From contig DATFEP010000030.1 of the NCBI GenBank assembly GCA_035250975.1, positions 1 through 21,371 of the forward strand: DNA of 21,371 nt, in the 5' to 3' direction. A program made the position numbers and the translations under genes. Below the pieces are notes generated by a model. It saw nothing but the letters and a program-made list of their open reading frames with translations. It did not search any database and had not been told where the DNA came from. This document shows, piece by piece, positions 9,500 to 18,478 of the stretch. Positions within the stretch are counted from its first letter, which is position 1. Each line of letters opens with the position of its first letter. The DNA is from Nitrososphaeraceae archaeon. Lineage in GTDB: Archaea; Thermoproteota; Nitrososphaeria; Nitrososphaerales; Nitrososphaeraceae.

Positions 9500-9745
9500 T
9501 TGAAAGTAAAAATCACGTCAATTTTGATGGTCATGTTTGTTTCAAGTTTAACTTTTTTTTCTTTCACTATTACTAAAACAGAAGCACAATTTGATGACTG
9601 CGATTCTTCATATCCAGATGTATGCATAGCATCTCCACCACCGGATCTTGATTGTGGTGATATTTCAGATAAAAGATTTACAGTTTTGTCACCAGATCCG
9701 CATGGATTTGATCGCGATGGAGACGGTATAGGATGTGAATCATAA
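9500..9745 (+). CDS. Secreted excalibur-like calcium-binding domain protein (TTG start)
   Basis: Signal peptide then CDSSYPDVCI...DLDCGDI...DPHGFDRDGDGIGCES with a DxDxDG Ca-binding loop. Confidence 0.85.
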   Translation: MKVKITSILMVMFVSSLTFFSFTITKTEAQFDDCDSSYPDVCIASPPPDLDCGDISDKRFTVLSPDPHGFDRDGDGIGCES

Positions 9746-9793
9746 CCATCTTATGGTTTCAAAATACAATAATATATCAAATTTTTAATTCAG

Positions 9794-10249
9794 TTGGATA
9801 AGGAACAATACTTGATAATATTTTCAATCATTATAGTAAGTCTTTTTTCTTTTGCTCTTCTTGATTCAAATCTTTACAGTAACCGAGAAGAACAAGACGA
9901 TATAGAATTAGAAGGTATAGTAAATTATGTTGTAGATGGTGATACTCTAGACATCAATGATATCAGAATAAGGTTAGCATTAGTTGATACACCCGAACGG
10001 TGACAAGATGGATATAAAGAAGCAAGGAAATTTGTTAAGAATTTATGTCTAAATAAAAAAGGCGAAGTTGATATTGATGATGGTCAGCGTAGAGGTGACA
10101 GATATGGAAGAGAAATAGGTGTTGTCTATTGTGATGGTATAAATGTCAATAAAGCGTTAGTCGAAAACAATTTGACAAAAATCTATACAGAATATTGTGA
10201 CATTTCTGAATTTTCCGAGGAAGAATAGGCTATAAAGAATTGCATTTAG
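9794..10249 (+). pseudogene. Membrane-anchored thermonuclease (SNase family) with two in-frame stop codons
   Basis: VVDGDTL...IRLALVDTPER then TGA (10001-10003); the same frame continues QDGYKEARKF...DRYGREIGVVYC...NVNKALV...CDISEFSEEE, TAG (10226-10228), AIKNCI-stop. Confidence 0.9.
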
Positions 10250-10299
10250 GATAAATGTTTTTATAAATCTTAAATAAATATATTGATAAATATGAAAGA

Positions 10300-10752
10300 T
10301 TGATAAATATGAAAGTAATTTTGCTTTCTTTTTTTGCAAGTTTAGCAGTACTTGTCATTTTTGTGCCTTCTCTTTTTGAGAAATCAGTAATTGCACAGAA
10401 TACAACAAAAGCCATAGGAGCATCAATACCTTATTATCTCTTTCCAATAGAGATAGAGGAAATTGAAGAAGAAATTTTAAAACTCCCTCATGATGCTTAT
10501 TCAGTACAAACAATTGTTGCAAATAAAGGTGACAACCTAACTATTAAATTCTATAACACTGAAGGCGAGGAAAGACATACGTTCACTTTAGATGCTCCAT
10601 ATAATATCAATGAAGATCTGAAAGGAGGACAAAATTCAACAATTAATTTTGTTGCTAATAAAGAAGGAATATTCACCTACTACTGTAAATATCATCTACC
10701 GACTATGACAGGAAAATTGCTTGTATTGCCACAACAACAACAATCTCAATAA
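10300..10752 (+). CDS. Secreted cupredoxin (type 1 blue copper) domain protein; start may be ATG 10309
   Basis: Signal peptide, ERHTF His ligand and GIFTYYCKYHLPTMTG C-x2-H-x3-M ligand loop; such proteins are typical of ammonia-oxidising archaea. Confidence 0.9.
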   Translation: MINMKVILLSFFASLAVLVIFVPSLFEKSVIAQNTTKAIGASIPYYLFPIEIEEIEEEILKLPHDAYSVQTIVANKGDNLTIKFYNTEGEERHTFTLDAPYNINEDLKGGQNSTINFVANKEGIFTYYCKYHLPTMTGKLLVLPQQQQSQ

Positions 10753-10759
10753 TAATAAT

Positions 10760-10913
10760 TAATTACCTCAAACCATGATTTACATACGACATCATCTTCT
10801 AGCATTCCATTCCATTAGGTATTGGAATGCACTGGTAAAAAAATTCCTTATGCGACCATTTTGTCGCAAATGTTCCCAATTCCTTTTTGCAAGCATAACA
10901 AGCTTTTGCAATT
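10760..10913 (-). pseudogene. Relic of a small zinc-finger-like protein
   Basis: Manual translation AKACYACKKELGTFATKWSHKEFFYQCIPIPNGM; removing one copy of a 5-bp repeat (cattc, 10803-10812) continues LEDDVVCKSWF. No intact start; ends approximate. Confidence 0.45.
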
Positions 10914-11031
10914 ATGAAAAATAAATATGCTAATAATTAAGAATTCTGACTGAACTGAAATACTGATAATAGATTTCTAATTCCTTTAATAGTCGAATAA
11001 ATCTTATTCAACTAAAATCTATACTATTGTT

Positions 11032-11406
11032 ATGACCAAAAATTCCACTTCTTACAGCATCAGACATGAAAATACAGGTACTGAAAACTCTGTCAGACAT
11101 ATCGATACTATAAAAGAGATGGAAGCACTAAAATTAGAATATCAAATACGTTGTAGTCATTATGAGCTTGAATTAATCGGTGACGAGAAAAAAATAACTT
11201 GTATTATTTGTGGAAAAAATTGGTTATTTTTGGAAGAAAGAGGTTTCATGAAAATCAAGTCTGTGTATACAGCAGAAAAAAATGAGACTTATACCAGTTA
11301 GCAAAAGTTCAATGACGCAATTACAGGGATTATGGTTTCAATAACGATAATAATGCTAAGTATAGTTATGCTAATTGGTATACACTACTACAACATCAAA
11401 AATTGA
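11032..11406 (+). pseudogene. Hypothetical Zn-ribbon-like protein (ORF 11032-11301) with a probable C-terminal TM helix beyond an in-frame TAG
   Basis: CSH...CIICG motif; after TAG 11299-11301 the frame stays open as QKFNDAITGIMVSITIIMLSIVMLIGIHYYNIKN to TGA 11404-11406. Confidence 0.55.
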
Positions 11407-11622
11407 TTAAAACGGATCATCTAAAACGTGTCCTTCATTATTAATGTTATCTTTCACATATTTTTTAATTTGTTCTATGGAAGATATATTAAAGAATCTG
11501 TTAGTCCATTTGTTATTTACAGCATCAGTAGCATTGAATTCTATGGACAAAGCTTTTCTAGACCTACAAAATGCTTTCCATAAGTCAAGTATATAACGAT
11601 CGTCATCATCATTTTTTAACAT
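11407..11622 (-). CDS. Small hypothetical protein
   Basis: 71-aa ATG ORF with protein-like composition that fills the gap exactly; no family recognised. Confidence 0.5.
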   Translation of the reverse strand: MLKNDDDDRYILDLWKAFCRSRKALSIEFNATDAVNNKWTNRFFNISSIEQIKKYVKDNINNEGHVLDDPF

Positions 11623-11862
11623 TAACTGATCATATTAATTTGATAACTAAACCTGAATAAAGATATCGGTTTATATATATATTCATCTTATTACCATTCT
11701 ATCATTTATATATGACTGCTAATAGTGTCATAGAGTATTAGTGGATTACTTGTATTGTGCATTTACAAATTATCTGATTATTAATATTGGTAAAATTTTA
11801 GCTAGTTTTATTGATAGGATTACTACGCAAATCAGCAGGATATTTGGAATTGAGGATAATGA

Positions 11863-13781
11863 ATGGTTGAACCATTAGAACGTTCTGTATTTTCTTATAT
11901 GCATAGACAATTTGTTCTATTGAATGAAAATTTATCAGTTGCATCAGCAGTTAAACTAATGCAACAAAAAAAAGTGGAAACAATTATTGTAACTCGCAAT
12001 GAATTTCCTGTAGGAATAGTAACTGATAGCGATATTCTAGAAAAAGTCGTAATCAAAGGAGAAGATTCAGATTTAGTATTACTCAGATCTATAATGACAT
12101 CACCAATAATAACTTTAGCAAGCAATTCTACTGTTAAAGAAGCTATAGAATCTATGCGACTTCATAGAATTAAGAGGATTCCTATAACAGATTCGTCTGA
12201 TGAAACTGGCAAAAAAATAGTAGGAATGATACTACAAAAGACTCTTGCAGATTCTATTAGAAATTCAGTGATAGAAAAAACTTTTAGAAGTTATAGAGTG
12301 ACAATTAGGGAACATTATAAGCCTATCTTTGGAAATGTTGGTTTCATAATGCATTTGCTGGAATATTAATGATTGTTCCTTCTCTATTGGCAACGTTTAT
12401 GAATGAATTACATTCTGCAACAGGGATTTATCTTACTGTAGTAACAACATTTTTTGTAGGTTTTGTGTTAAATGTATTTGGAGAAAAAAGTCCTTTAAAT
12501 TTAAAGCAGGCATCCATTGTTGTTGTCTTAAGTTTTGTGTTATTAAGCTTGTTTGGAAGCCTGCCATATATTTATGTAAATCCTTTTTGGAATAATGTTG
12601 ATTATGTATCACTTTTTGTTAATTCATTCTTGGAGAGTACATCAGGATTTACTACTACAGGTATTTCTACTATAGTTCATCCAGAGGATTTGCCAGCAAG
12701 TTTTGTATTTTATCGTTCATATACTCTGGGTTGGTGGATTAAGTTTTATTTATCTTGTAATGGCATTATATTATCCGGAAACAAAATTGGCCGCAATGAA
12801 AAATATGATTGGAGGTGGTATACTTAAATTTAGACAATTATTATCGACAATTACAATAATCTTCGTAGTTTATGCAGCAATTTTCACTATATTATTGTAT
12901 ACTTTTGGAAGTGAAGATATAATTGATTCTGTGTCTGTAGTATTTGCTACTCTTACAAGCGGAGGATTTGTACCAATTTCAACCTTCTTGGATTCAGAGA
13001 ACACTTTACAATTAATAATAATAATGATTGGAATGATCATATCTGCGTTACCTTTTGCATTTCATTACGGTATTTTTAGTAGAGAATTTAAAACAAAAAA
13101 ACTTTGGAATGAAATCATAATCTATTGTATTTTTATGTCTATATTTATAGTAATATTAATAATTATTGAATCAAGTGTATCTGATGTAGGATGGCTATCT
13201 TTTGTATTTCATGCGATCAATGCTTCTACTACTACTGGCTTTCAATTTTTAAATCTCGTTGAACTATCTGATGGTGGAAAAATATTACTTATTATTTTGA
13301 TGCTCGTTGGAGGAACTGCATTTTCTACTGCAGGTGGTATTAAGATTACAAGATTTCTATATATTTTTAAAAAATTGGCTCAAAAAACGAATTTATTGTC
13401 GCACTCAGATACAGATGGGGAAAATATTTCAGCATCTATTTCATCAACTTCTCGACAATTCAGAAAAGATATTGAAAAATATAATATTAATAAATCAGAT
13501 CAATCTTCAAGACAGAAGTTATCATTATTATCAGATAAAGTCTTTAGAGAAACCTTGATGGTTATATCTTTATTTATAATATTTTCAATTGGAAGTGGAA
13601 TAGCTTTATTGATTCTTTATTTGAATGTGTTTCAACAATCTCAAACACTGGATTATCTGTTGGAATAACTGCCATGGATGTAGATTTGTTCTCGAAAATT
13701 ATTTTGTCATCGAATATGATAATTGGTAGGTTTGAAATTATCGCTATTTTTTATATATTCATTTTCCGGCTTAGAATATGA
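11863..13781 (+). pseudogene. trkH: CBS-pair fused TrkH-family potassium transporter, broken by three frameshifts
   Basis: CBS pair (VGIVTDSDI, RIKRIPI) then pore motifs ESTSGFTTTG, TLTSGGF, ASTTTGF, GGTAFSTAGGIK. Breaks near 12353, 12727 and 13606; the last shifted frame reads FIDSLFECVSTISNTGLSVG...MIIGRFEI...stop 13779-13781. Confidence 0.9.
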
Positions 13782-13870
13782 TTCAATTAATATGTATACA
13801 TAAAAATAAAACAATCAATATATAGAATATGTTAAATAATTAAGTTGATACAGGATATGATTTTATTTTA

Positions 13871-14104
13871 TCATAATTTCAATTTTCTTCGAATATACAC
13901 TCTCTTGAGATAATTGAGAATAACTATTAGTAATAACACAAATAAAATAGCTATTAGAGCTTGAACTATTGATGTAATATAAAGATCAGTTCTAGTATTA
14001 AAAATTATAATTTCCATAGGAGCGACAAAAATCACCAAGAAAAAAGATATTGCTAAAATGGTACACCAAAATAATGCAATCAACGATATAAGATTTGAAA
14101 CCAT
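13871..14104 (-). CDS. Small two-TM membrane protein
   Basis: Two hydrophobic segments and a basic tail; starts 4 nt after the upstream transferase stop, so probably co-transcribed. Confidence 0.7.
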   Translation of the reverse strand: MVSNLISLIALFWCTILAISFFLVIFVAPMEIIIFNTRTDLYITSIVQALIAILFVLLLIVILNYLKRVYIRRKLKL

Positions 14105-14108
14105 ACGA

Positions 14109-15227
14109 TTATCTACCTATTCCTATAACAAAATAATATTGTATTACTATTGAAATTAATGCTAAACACGATGAAAAAATTCCTAGTTTGAAAATCTTCG
14201 TGGCTAATTCTTTTTCTGTTAGTGGGCCATCTACAAGAATAAGTCTTAAAAGTGTAATTGGAGCTTTTTTATCTTTTGATGCATCCAGTTTAAAATCATC
14301 TGTTAAAAATGTAGGTCTTGTAGTGATCTCTCTATGTTCAACAACTCTTTTAACACTTGAGAGAAATAAAAATGAATTAAAGATAGCAGGAAGTAATGCA
14401 ATAATTGCAATTAGCTCTGATTTTCCTATTATTGCTATAGCACCATACATTGCTCCAAGCATTAGGGTACCCGAATCACCTGGAAAGATCTTACTTGGAA
14501 ATTTATGATATTTATAGAAAGCTAAATTAATAAAGAAAAGAGAGATGGTTGATACAAATACTTCAATACTTCCAAATATGTAGACACTGATTATCAATGG
14601 GATACACGTTATTAACATGAATCCACTTACAACACCATTTAAAACATCAATGGAATTAATTGTATTTCCTACCACGGGTATTGCAATTAGAATTAATGGG
14701 ATATATAAAATTGGGATAAATGCATCACCGAAAATAAGATTAAGGTTGGTATCATATACACCTAAAATAATAATAGGTAATGCTGAAACAATTAAAGCAA
14801 CTGGTTTGAACCATCCTGGCATAACTTTTTTATCATCAATATAACCGACACAAAATGCAATTATAGTTGTAAACAAGATTGCCAAAATTTCCATACTAAA
14901 GGTAAATAGATAAATGATTGTCATAGGTATTATTATCCCCATAATTAAGATTGGACCGGCAGGTCTTGGAATATTTGGTTTTTGTGGTTTATGATAGTCT
15001 TGTACTACTTTGCCTTTGGAGGTAAGAGATTTAATTGCACGGGGCATAAAAAAATACACTATGAAAAAAGAACATACAGAAGAAATTATTGTATAAATAA
15101 TAAACGTAAGTACAGAACTATCATTCAAAATTATCATTTTTTTATATTCACTAGATAACTCTTTTTGATATTGTATTTTTGTATTTTTTTTCAGATTGTT
15201 CTTTTTTATATGAAGAAATGTTATCAA
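14109..15227 (-). CDS. UDP-GlcNAc:dolichyl-phosphate GlcNAc-1-phosphate transferase (AglH/Alg7, MraY-like family); start may be the downstream MIILND
   Basis: Multi-TM; DYHKPQKPNIPRPAG, GYIDD, NTINSIDVLNG, PSKIFPGDSG motifs of polyprenyl-phosphate HexNAc-1-P transferases. Confidence 0.88.
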   Translation of the reverse strand: MITFLHIKKNNLKKNTKIQYQKELSSEYKKMIILNDSSVLTFIIYTIISSVCSFFIVYFFMPRAIKSLTSKGKVVQDYHKPQKPNIPRPAGPILIMGIIIPMTIIYLFTFSMEILAILFTTIIAFCVGYIDDKKVMPGWFKPVALIVSALPIIILGVYDTNLNLIFGDAFIPILYIPLILIAIPVVGNTINSIDVLNGVVSGFMLITCIPLIISVYIFGSIEVFVSTISLFFINLAFYKYHKFPSKIFPGDSGTLMLGAMYGAIAIIGKSELIAIIALLPAIFNSFLFLSSVKRVVEHREITTRPTFLTDDFKLDASKDKKAPITLLRLILVDGPLTEKELATKIFKLGIFSSCLALISIVIQYYFVIGIGR

Positions 15228-15357
15228 TGTTAAAAATAATAATATTTTTGATTTTCATATCAGTTTCTTTATTTAATGATAGAATGATTTCTATTTTTGT
15301 TTTACTATTAACGTTTTATGAGATTGTATTATTGAGGAATAATAATATTGTAATTGT

Positions 15358-17619
15358 TTAATTGAATTGTTTTTTGATTTTCTTGGCAACTGTTGGTCCA
15401 ATTTTGGATATTTTAGATAAATTGAGTTCTGGTGTTGATTTAAGTATTGTTAGATTGACTATTCCAGAATCATGAAGTGCACGTGCTCTTATTCTTCCTA
15501 TACCTTCTACCTTTACTAACGATAGTAATTCCTTCTTTATACCGTATTTTATTCGAGTTCTAAGATCAGAAATTATTGGAAGTAGATCTTCTCTCTTGAA
15601 TAATTTTGCAAATTCATATAAAGAATGTATTAACCATTCACCAGATTCAGAAATTCTGTGCATATCACCAGGATCTATTGCTAATTTATCACTCAAGGCT
15701 CTATCACTAGTTTCATTTATCCATTCGCACAATCCAAGAAAGCTGCGAGAACAATTATTTTCATTTAGATCATATATTAGATCATTAGAATATTTTCTGA
15801 TAGTCGTATAAAAAATATCCATGTCTTTTTTTCTTAGTGCTAGTTTTGGATAAAAATCTGAACACTCGGAAATCAAATGTAAAAAGCAAATAGTAATATT
15901 CCTATATTGACTTGAATCGAGAGATTTTTTAATCTCAGAAATTGAATTAAGTGTATTTTTAAATTCCATAGCTGAAAGGGGATCGATATAGAAGATAGAA
16001 GTTTGTTTTCCGAATGCCGTTGCGATATACCTATCATTTTTACATTTTATAAATTCATACTCTTCAAGATATTCTAATACACTATCAAGTTTAAATATAA
16101 TATTAGATTTCTTGATATTTTGGGCAAATAGAGTATTGGAGAACAGTTCATAGAGTTCTGTCTTTTTTATCCCTGGAATAGTTGATATAGTACTAAGAAT
16201 ATGGAAACGTAATGATTTTTCATTAAATAATTTAGATTTAATAGGTTCAGGGGTTCCAAGAATATAATGATCATAAAGATCTTCTGAATTCATTCCAGAT
16301 TCTGATACAATTATTGCTTCTCCATATGTGTCATATTGTGGTCTACCAGCTCGTCCACATAATTGTTTATATTCAAGGATACTTATCGGAACATTTGAAC
16401 CATAATCATAATCATATCTCAAAATACTAGACAATATTACTCTTCTTGCAGGAAGATTTACTCCTGCGGCCAATGTTGGAGTAGAAGCTAATAGCTTGAT
16501 TGTTCCGTTTTTAAAATATTCTTCAATTTTTTCCCTTGCTATATGTCCTAATCCTGCATGATGAAAACCTACACCTTTGGAAATTAAGGTTATAAGGTTT
16601 TTTGTAAGTTCTGTATCGTCGGATATTTTAGCTAATTTGGATGCAAGGTTTGCAGCTTTTTCCTTTTGTTTTTTATCGAGTAAATTAAAAATTCCTTCTG
16701 CTGATTTAGCTGCTAGTGAAGCTGCTCTTTTTCGGGTATCTGCAAAAATAATTACTTGTCCTCCATTTTCTACAGAATCCACTGCTATATCTACCGGGGC
16801 AGATGATATTGATGAATTATGATTTATTTTAGATTTTTTGTTATTATTTGTACGGATTATCCCCTGATCATATATCCCTTCTATTAGAGTTGTTGGTCTC
16901 CAATTGCTTTCTAGTAATGTACATTCCAACCATTCAGCAATCTCTTCTGAATTTGATACAGTTGCACTGAGTGCTAGTATTTGTGCTTCATGATAGAACT
17001 TTTTTATCTTTGTCAACATTATCTCAAGAGTTGGACCTCGATCTTTATCGCCTATTAAGTGTATTTCATCTACAACAAAAAGTCCTACATTAGATAATAG
17101 CTCAGTATTGTTTCGTATTAATGCATCAAGTTTTTCATTAGTTAATATAACAATATCTGCATCCAATAGATCTTTTCCCTGTGAGTCATAATCTCCAGTC
17201 GCTATCTTTATTACGAGTTCTTTTTTTCCAACTTTTATTCTCTTTTTGTTATTATTATTTTCAATAATTTGATCCGAATTTAAAGAATTATCTGTAATCC
17301 CGTTAGAATAAACATTTTTTAAAGCTAAAAAATCATTATATTTTTCAGTAGCTAATGATCGTAATGGTGTCAAATAAATGACTTTCTGTTTTTTTTCAAT
17401 TGATTTAATGGCAGCCATTATTGCTATTAGCGTTTTGCCACTAGCTGTTGGAGAGGTTACTAGTAGATTTTTTCCTTCTAAAAGACCTTTTGATATAGCT
17501 TGTTTTTGAATTGGATATAAAGAAGTATATCCTAAATCTAAGATTATTGTTTGTAAATTTTTATCCAGAATATTCGATAATGCCATAATTTCCTCTCTGT
17601 TCTTATATTCAATGAGCAT
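15358..17619 (-). CDS. hel308: Ski2-like SF2 DNA helicase Hel308/Hjm; start may be MALSN at about 17586
   Basis: LYPIQ Q-motif, SPTASGKT, VDEIH, LSAT, FHHAGL, TPTLAAGVNLPAR, QLCGRAGRP, C-terminal HhH VEGIGRIRARAL. Confidence 0.93.
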   Translation of the reverse strand: MLIEYKNREEIMALSNILDKNLQTIILDLGYTSLYPIQKQAISKGLLEGKNLLVTSPTASGKTLIAIMAAIKSIEKKQKVIYLTPLRSLATEKYNDFLALKNVYSNGITDNSLNSDQIIENNNNKKRIKVGKKELVIKIATGDYDSQGKDLLDADIVILTNEKLDALIRNNTELLSNVGLFVVDEIHLIGDKDRGPTLEIMLTKIKKFYHEAQILALSATVSNSEEIAEWLECTLLESNWRPTTLIEGIYDQGIIRTNNNKKSKINHNSSISSAPVDIAVDSVENGGQVIIFADTRKRAASLAAKSAEGIFNLLDKKQKEKAANLASKLAKISDDTELTKNLITLISKGVGFHHAGLGHIAREKIEEYFKNGTIKLLASTPTLAAGVNLPARRVILSSILRYDYDYGSNVPISILEYKQLCGRAGRPQYDTYGEAIIVSESGMNSEDLYDHYILGTPEPIKSKLFNEKSLRFHILSTISTIPGIKKTELYELFSNTLFAQNIKKSNIIFKLDSVLEYLEEYEFIKCKNDRYIATAFGKQTSIFYIDPLSAMEFKNTLNSISEIKKSLDSSQYRNITICFLHLISECSDFYPKLALRKKDMDIFYTTIRKYSNDLIYDLNENNCSRSFLGLCEWINETSDRALSDKLAIDPGDMHRISESGEWLIHSLYEFAKLFKREDLLPIISDLRTRIKYGIKKELLSLVKVEGIGRIRARALHDSGIVNLTILKSTPELNLSKISKIGPTVAKKIKKQFN

Positions 17620-17782
17620 ATTATCTATTAATTAATTGTTATATTTCAAAATCAAAAATTTTAGTGAATAAATAAGAAAAAACAAAAGAAATTGGATTTC
17701 AGATCCTTGTGATAAAAGTCTAATTGTTATTGGGTTTTTTAGATGATGCGTATCTAATGACATTTAGAATCTGTGTTAGATA

Positions 17783-17796
17783 TTAAATATATAAAA
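17783..17796 (+). promoter_or_regulatory. Probable TATA box of the tRNA gene
   Basis: ttaaatatataaaa lies about 22-35 nt upstream of the mature tRNA 5' end. Confidence 0.45.
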
Positions 17797-17817
17797 TACA
17801 ATGTGTTTTTAGTAGAT

Positions 17818-17939
17818 GCCGGGGTACCCAAGCTAGGTAAGTCATAATGACCCTAACAGGGGTCAGCCTCGAGATCGTATGCAATGACGTGCTAGCTGAT
17901 GTCCTTGTGGACTCGTGGGTTCGAGTCCCACTCCCGGCG
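17818..17939 (+). tRNA. tRNA-Ser(CGA) with two introns (17840-17857 at position 21/22; 17874-17893 at 37/38); CCA not encoded
   Basis: Acceptor GCCGGGG/TCCCGGC plus G discriminator; anticodon stem TCAGC/GCTGA with CT-CGA-G|A loop; long variable arm GTCC-TTGT-GGAC; T arm GTGGG-TTCGAGT-CCCAC. Removing both introns gives an 84-nt cloverleaf; both junctions fold into bulge-helix-bulge motifs. Confidence 0.93.
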
Positions 17940-18478
17940 CTCAACTCCAGTAGTCATATTGTAGGTAAAAATTTTAGTATTAGAACTAGAATGGATTAAT
18001 AGAAAAATTAAGAAATAGGTTAAATATTGTAAATTTCATCTAATGATATTCTTAATATCTCCAATTAATATTAGAATGAGTAAAGATCGTCATTAGACGA
18101 TTCACTGTTTGAATAATGAATGTCAAAAAAATGCATAGTCAAGTACTAATATTAATTTATTATTACACAAATGTAATTCATTAAATTTAGCCGATTCATT
18201 GGATTTGGCGATATAATCATATTTCTGTGCATACTTTGTGTTCAATCCCATTTTTGATATATTCTTAAAATTGATATCCAATAGTCGTTAAAATAGATTA
18301 AAATTTTAGGTAAATGTAATATCAGATAAAAGGTTTTACCAAAATGCATGGAATTCTTAATCTGTTTCTTTGATAGATTACCTTATAATCAAATAAATTA
18401 TTAAACTTAATCATACAGTATGAATTATAATGTATTCTAAAATTTAGATATTAGATACTATATAACATTATTCTAACA

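Noticed and set aside
10157-10415. Two 60-61 aa minus-strand ORFs
   Set aside because: Overlap the nuclease relic and cupredoxin on the opposite strand; no motifs.
10732-10758. (CAA)4 poly-Gln tail followed by (TAA)3 at the cupredoxin end
   Set aside because: Short microsatellite outside the folded domain; no evidence of phase variation.
10001-11301. Stop-codon recoding (selenocysteine, pyrrolysine or alternative code) to explain in-frame TGA/TAG
   Set aside because: The stops fall where Gly and Trp are expected, intact genes in the window end with TAG and TGA, and neighbouring genes are broken by frameshifts as well, so decay is simpler.
11863-13781. Programmed ribosomal frameshifting in trkH or pstS
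   Set aside because: Multiple breaks of different sizes per gene and no obvious slippery heptamer at the break points.
11895-16822. ORFs 11895-12125, 13307-13558, 14188-14508, 14617-14844, 15179-15361, 15596-15811 and 16577-16822
   Set aside because: Antisense or off-frame shadows of trkH, the transferase and hel308, or AT-rich chance ORFs.
18100-18300. Short minus-strand open frame of about 50 codons after the tRNA, and a similar fragment near 21120-21270
   Set aside because: No recognisable motif; cannot be distinguished from chance or heavily decayed relics.
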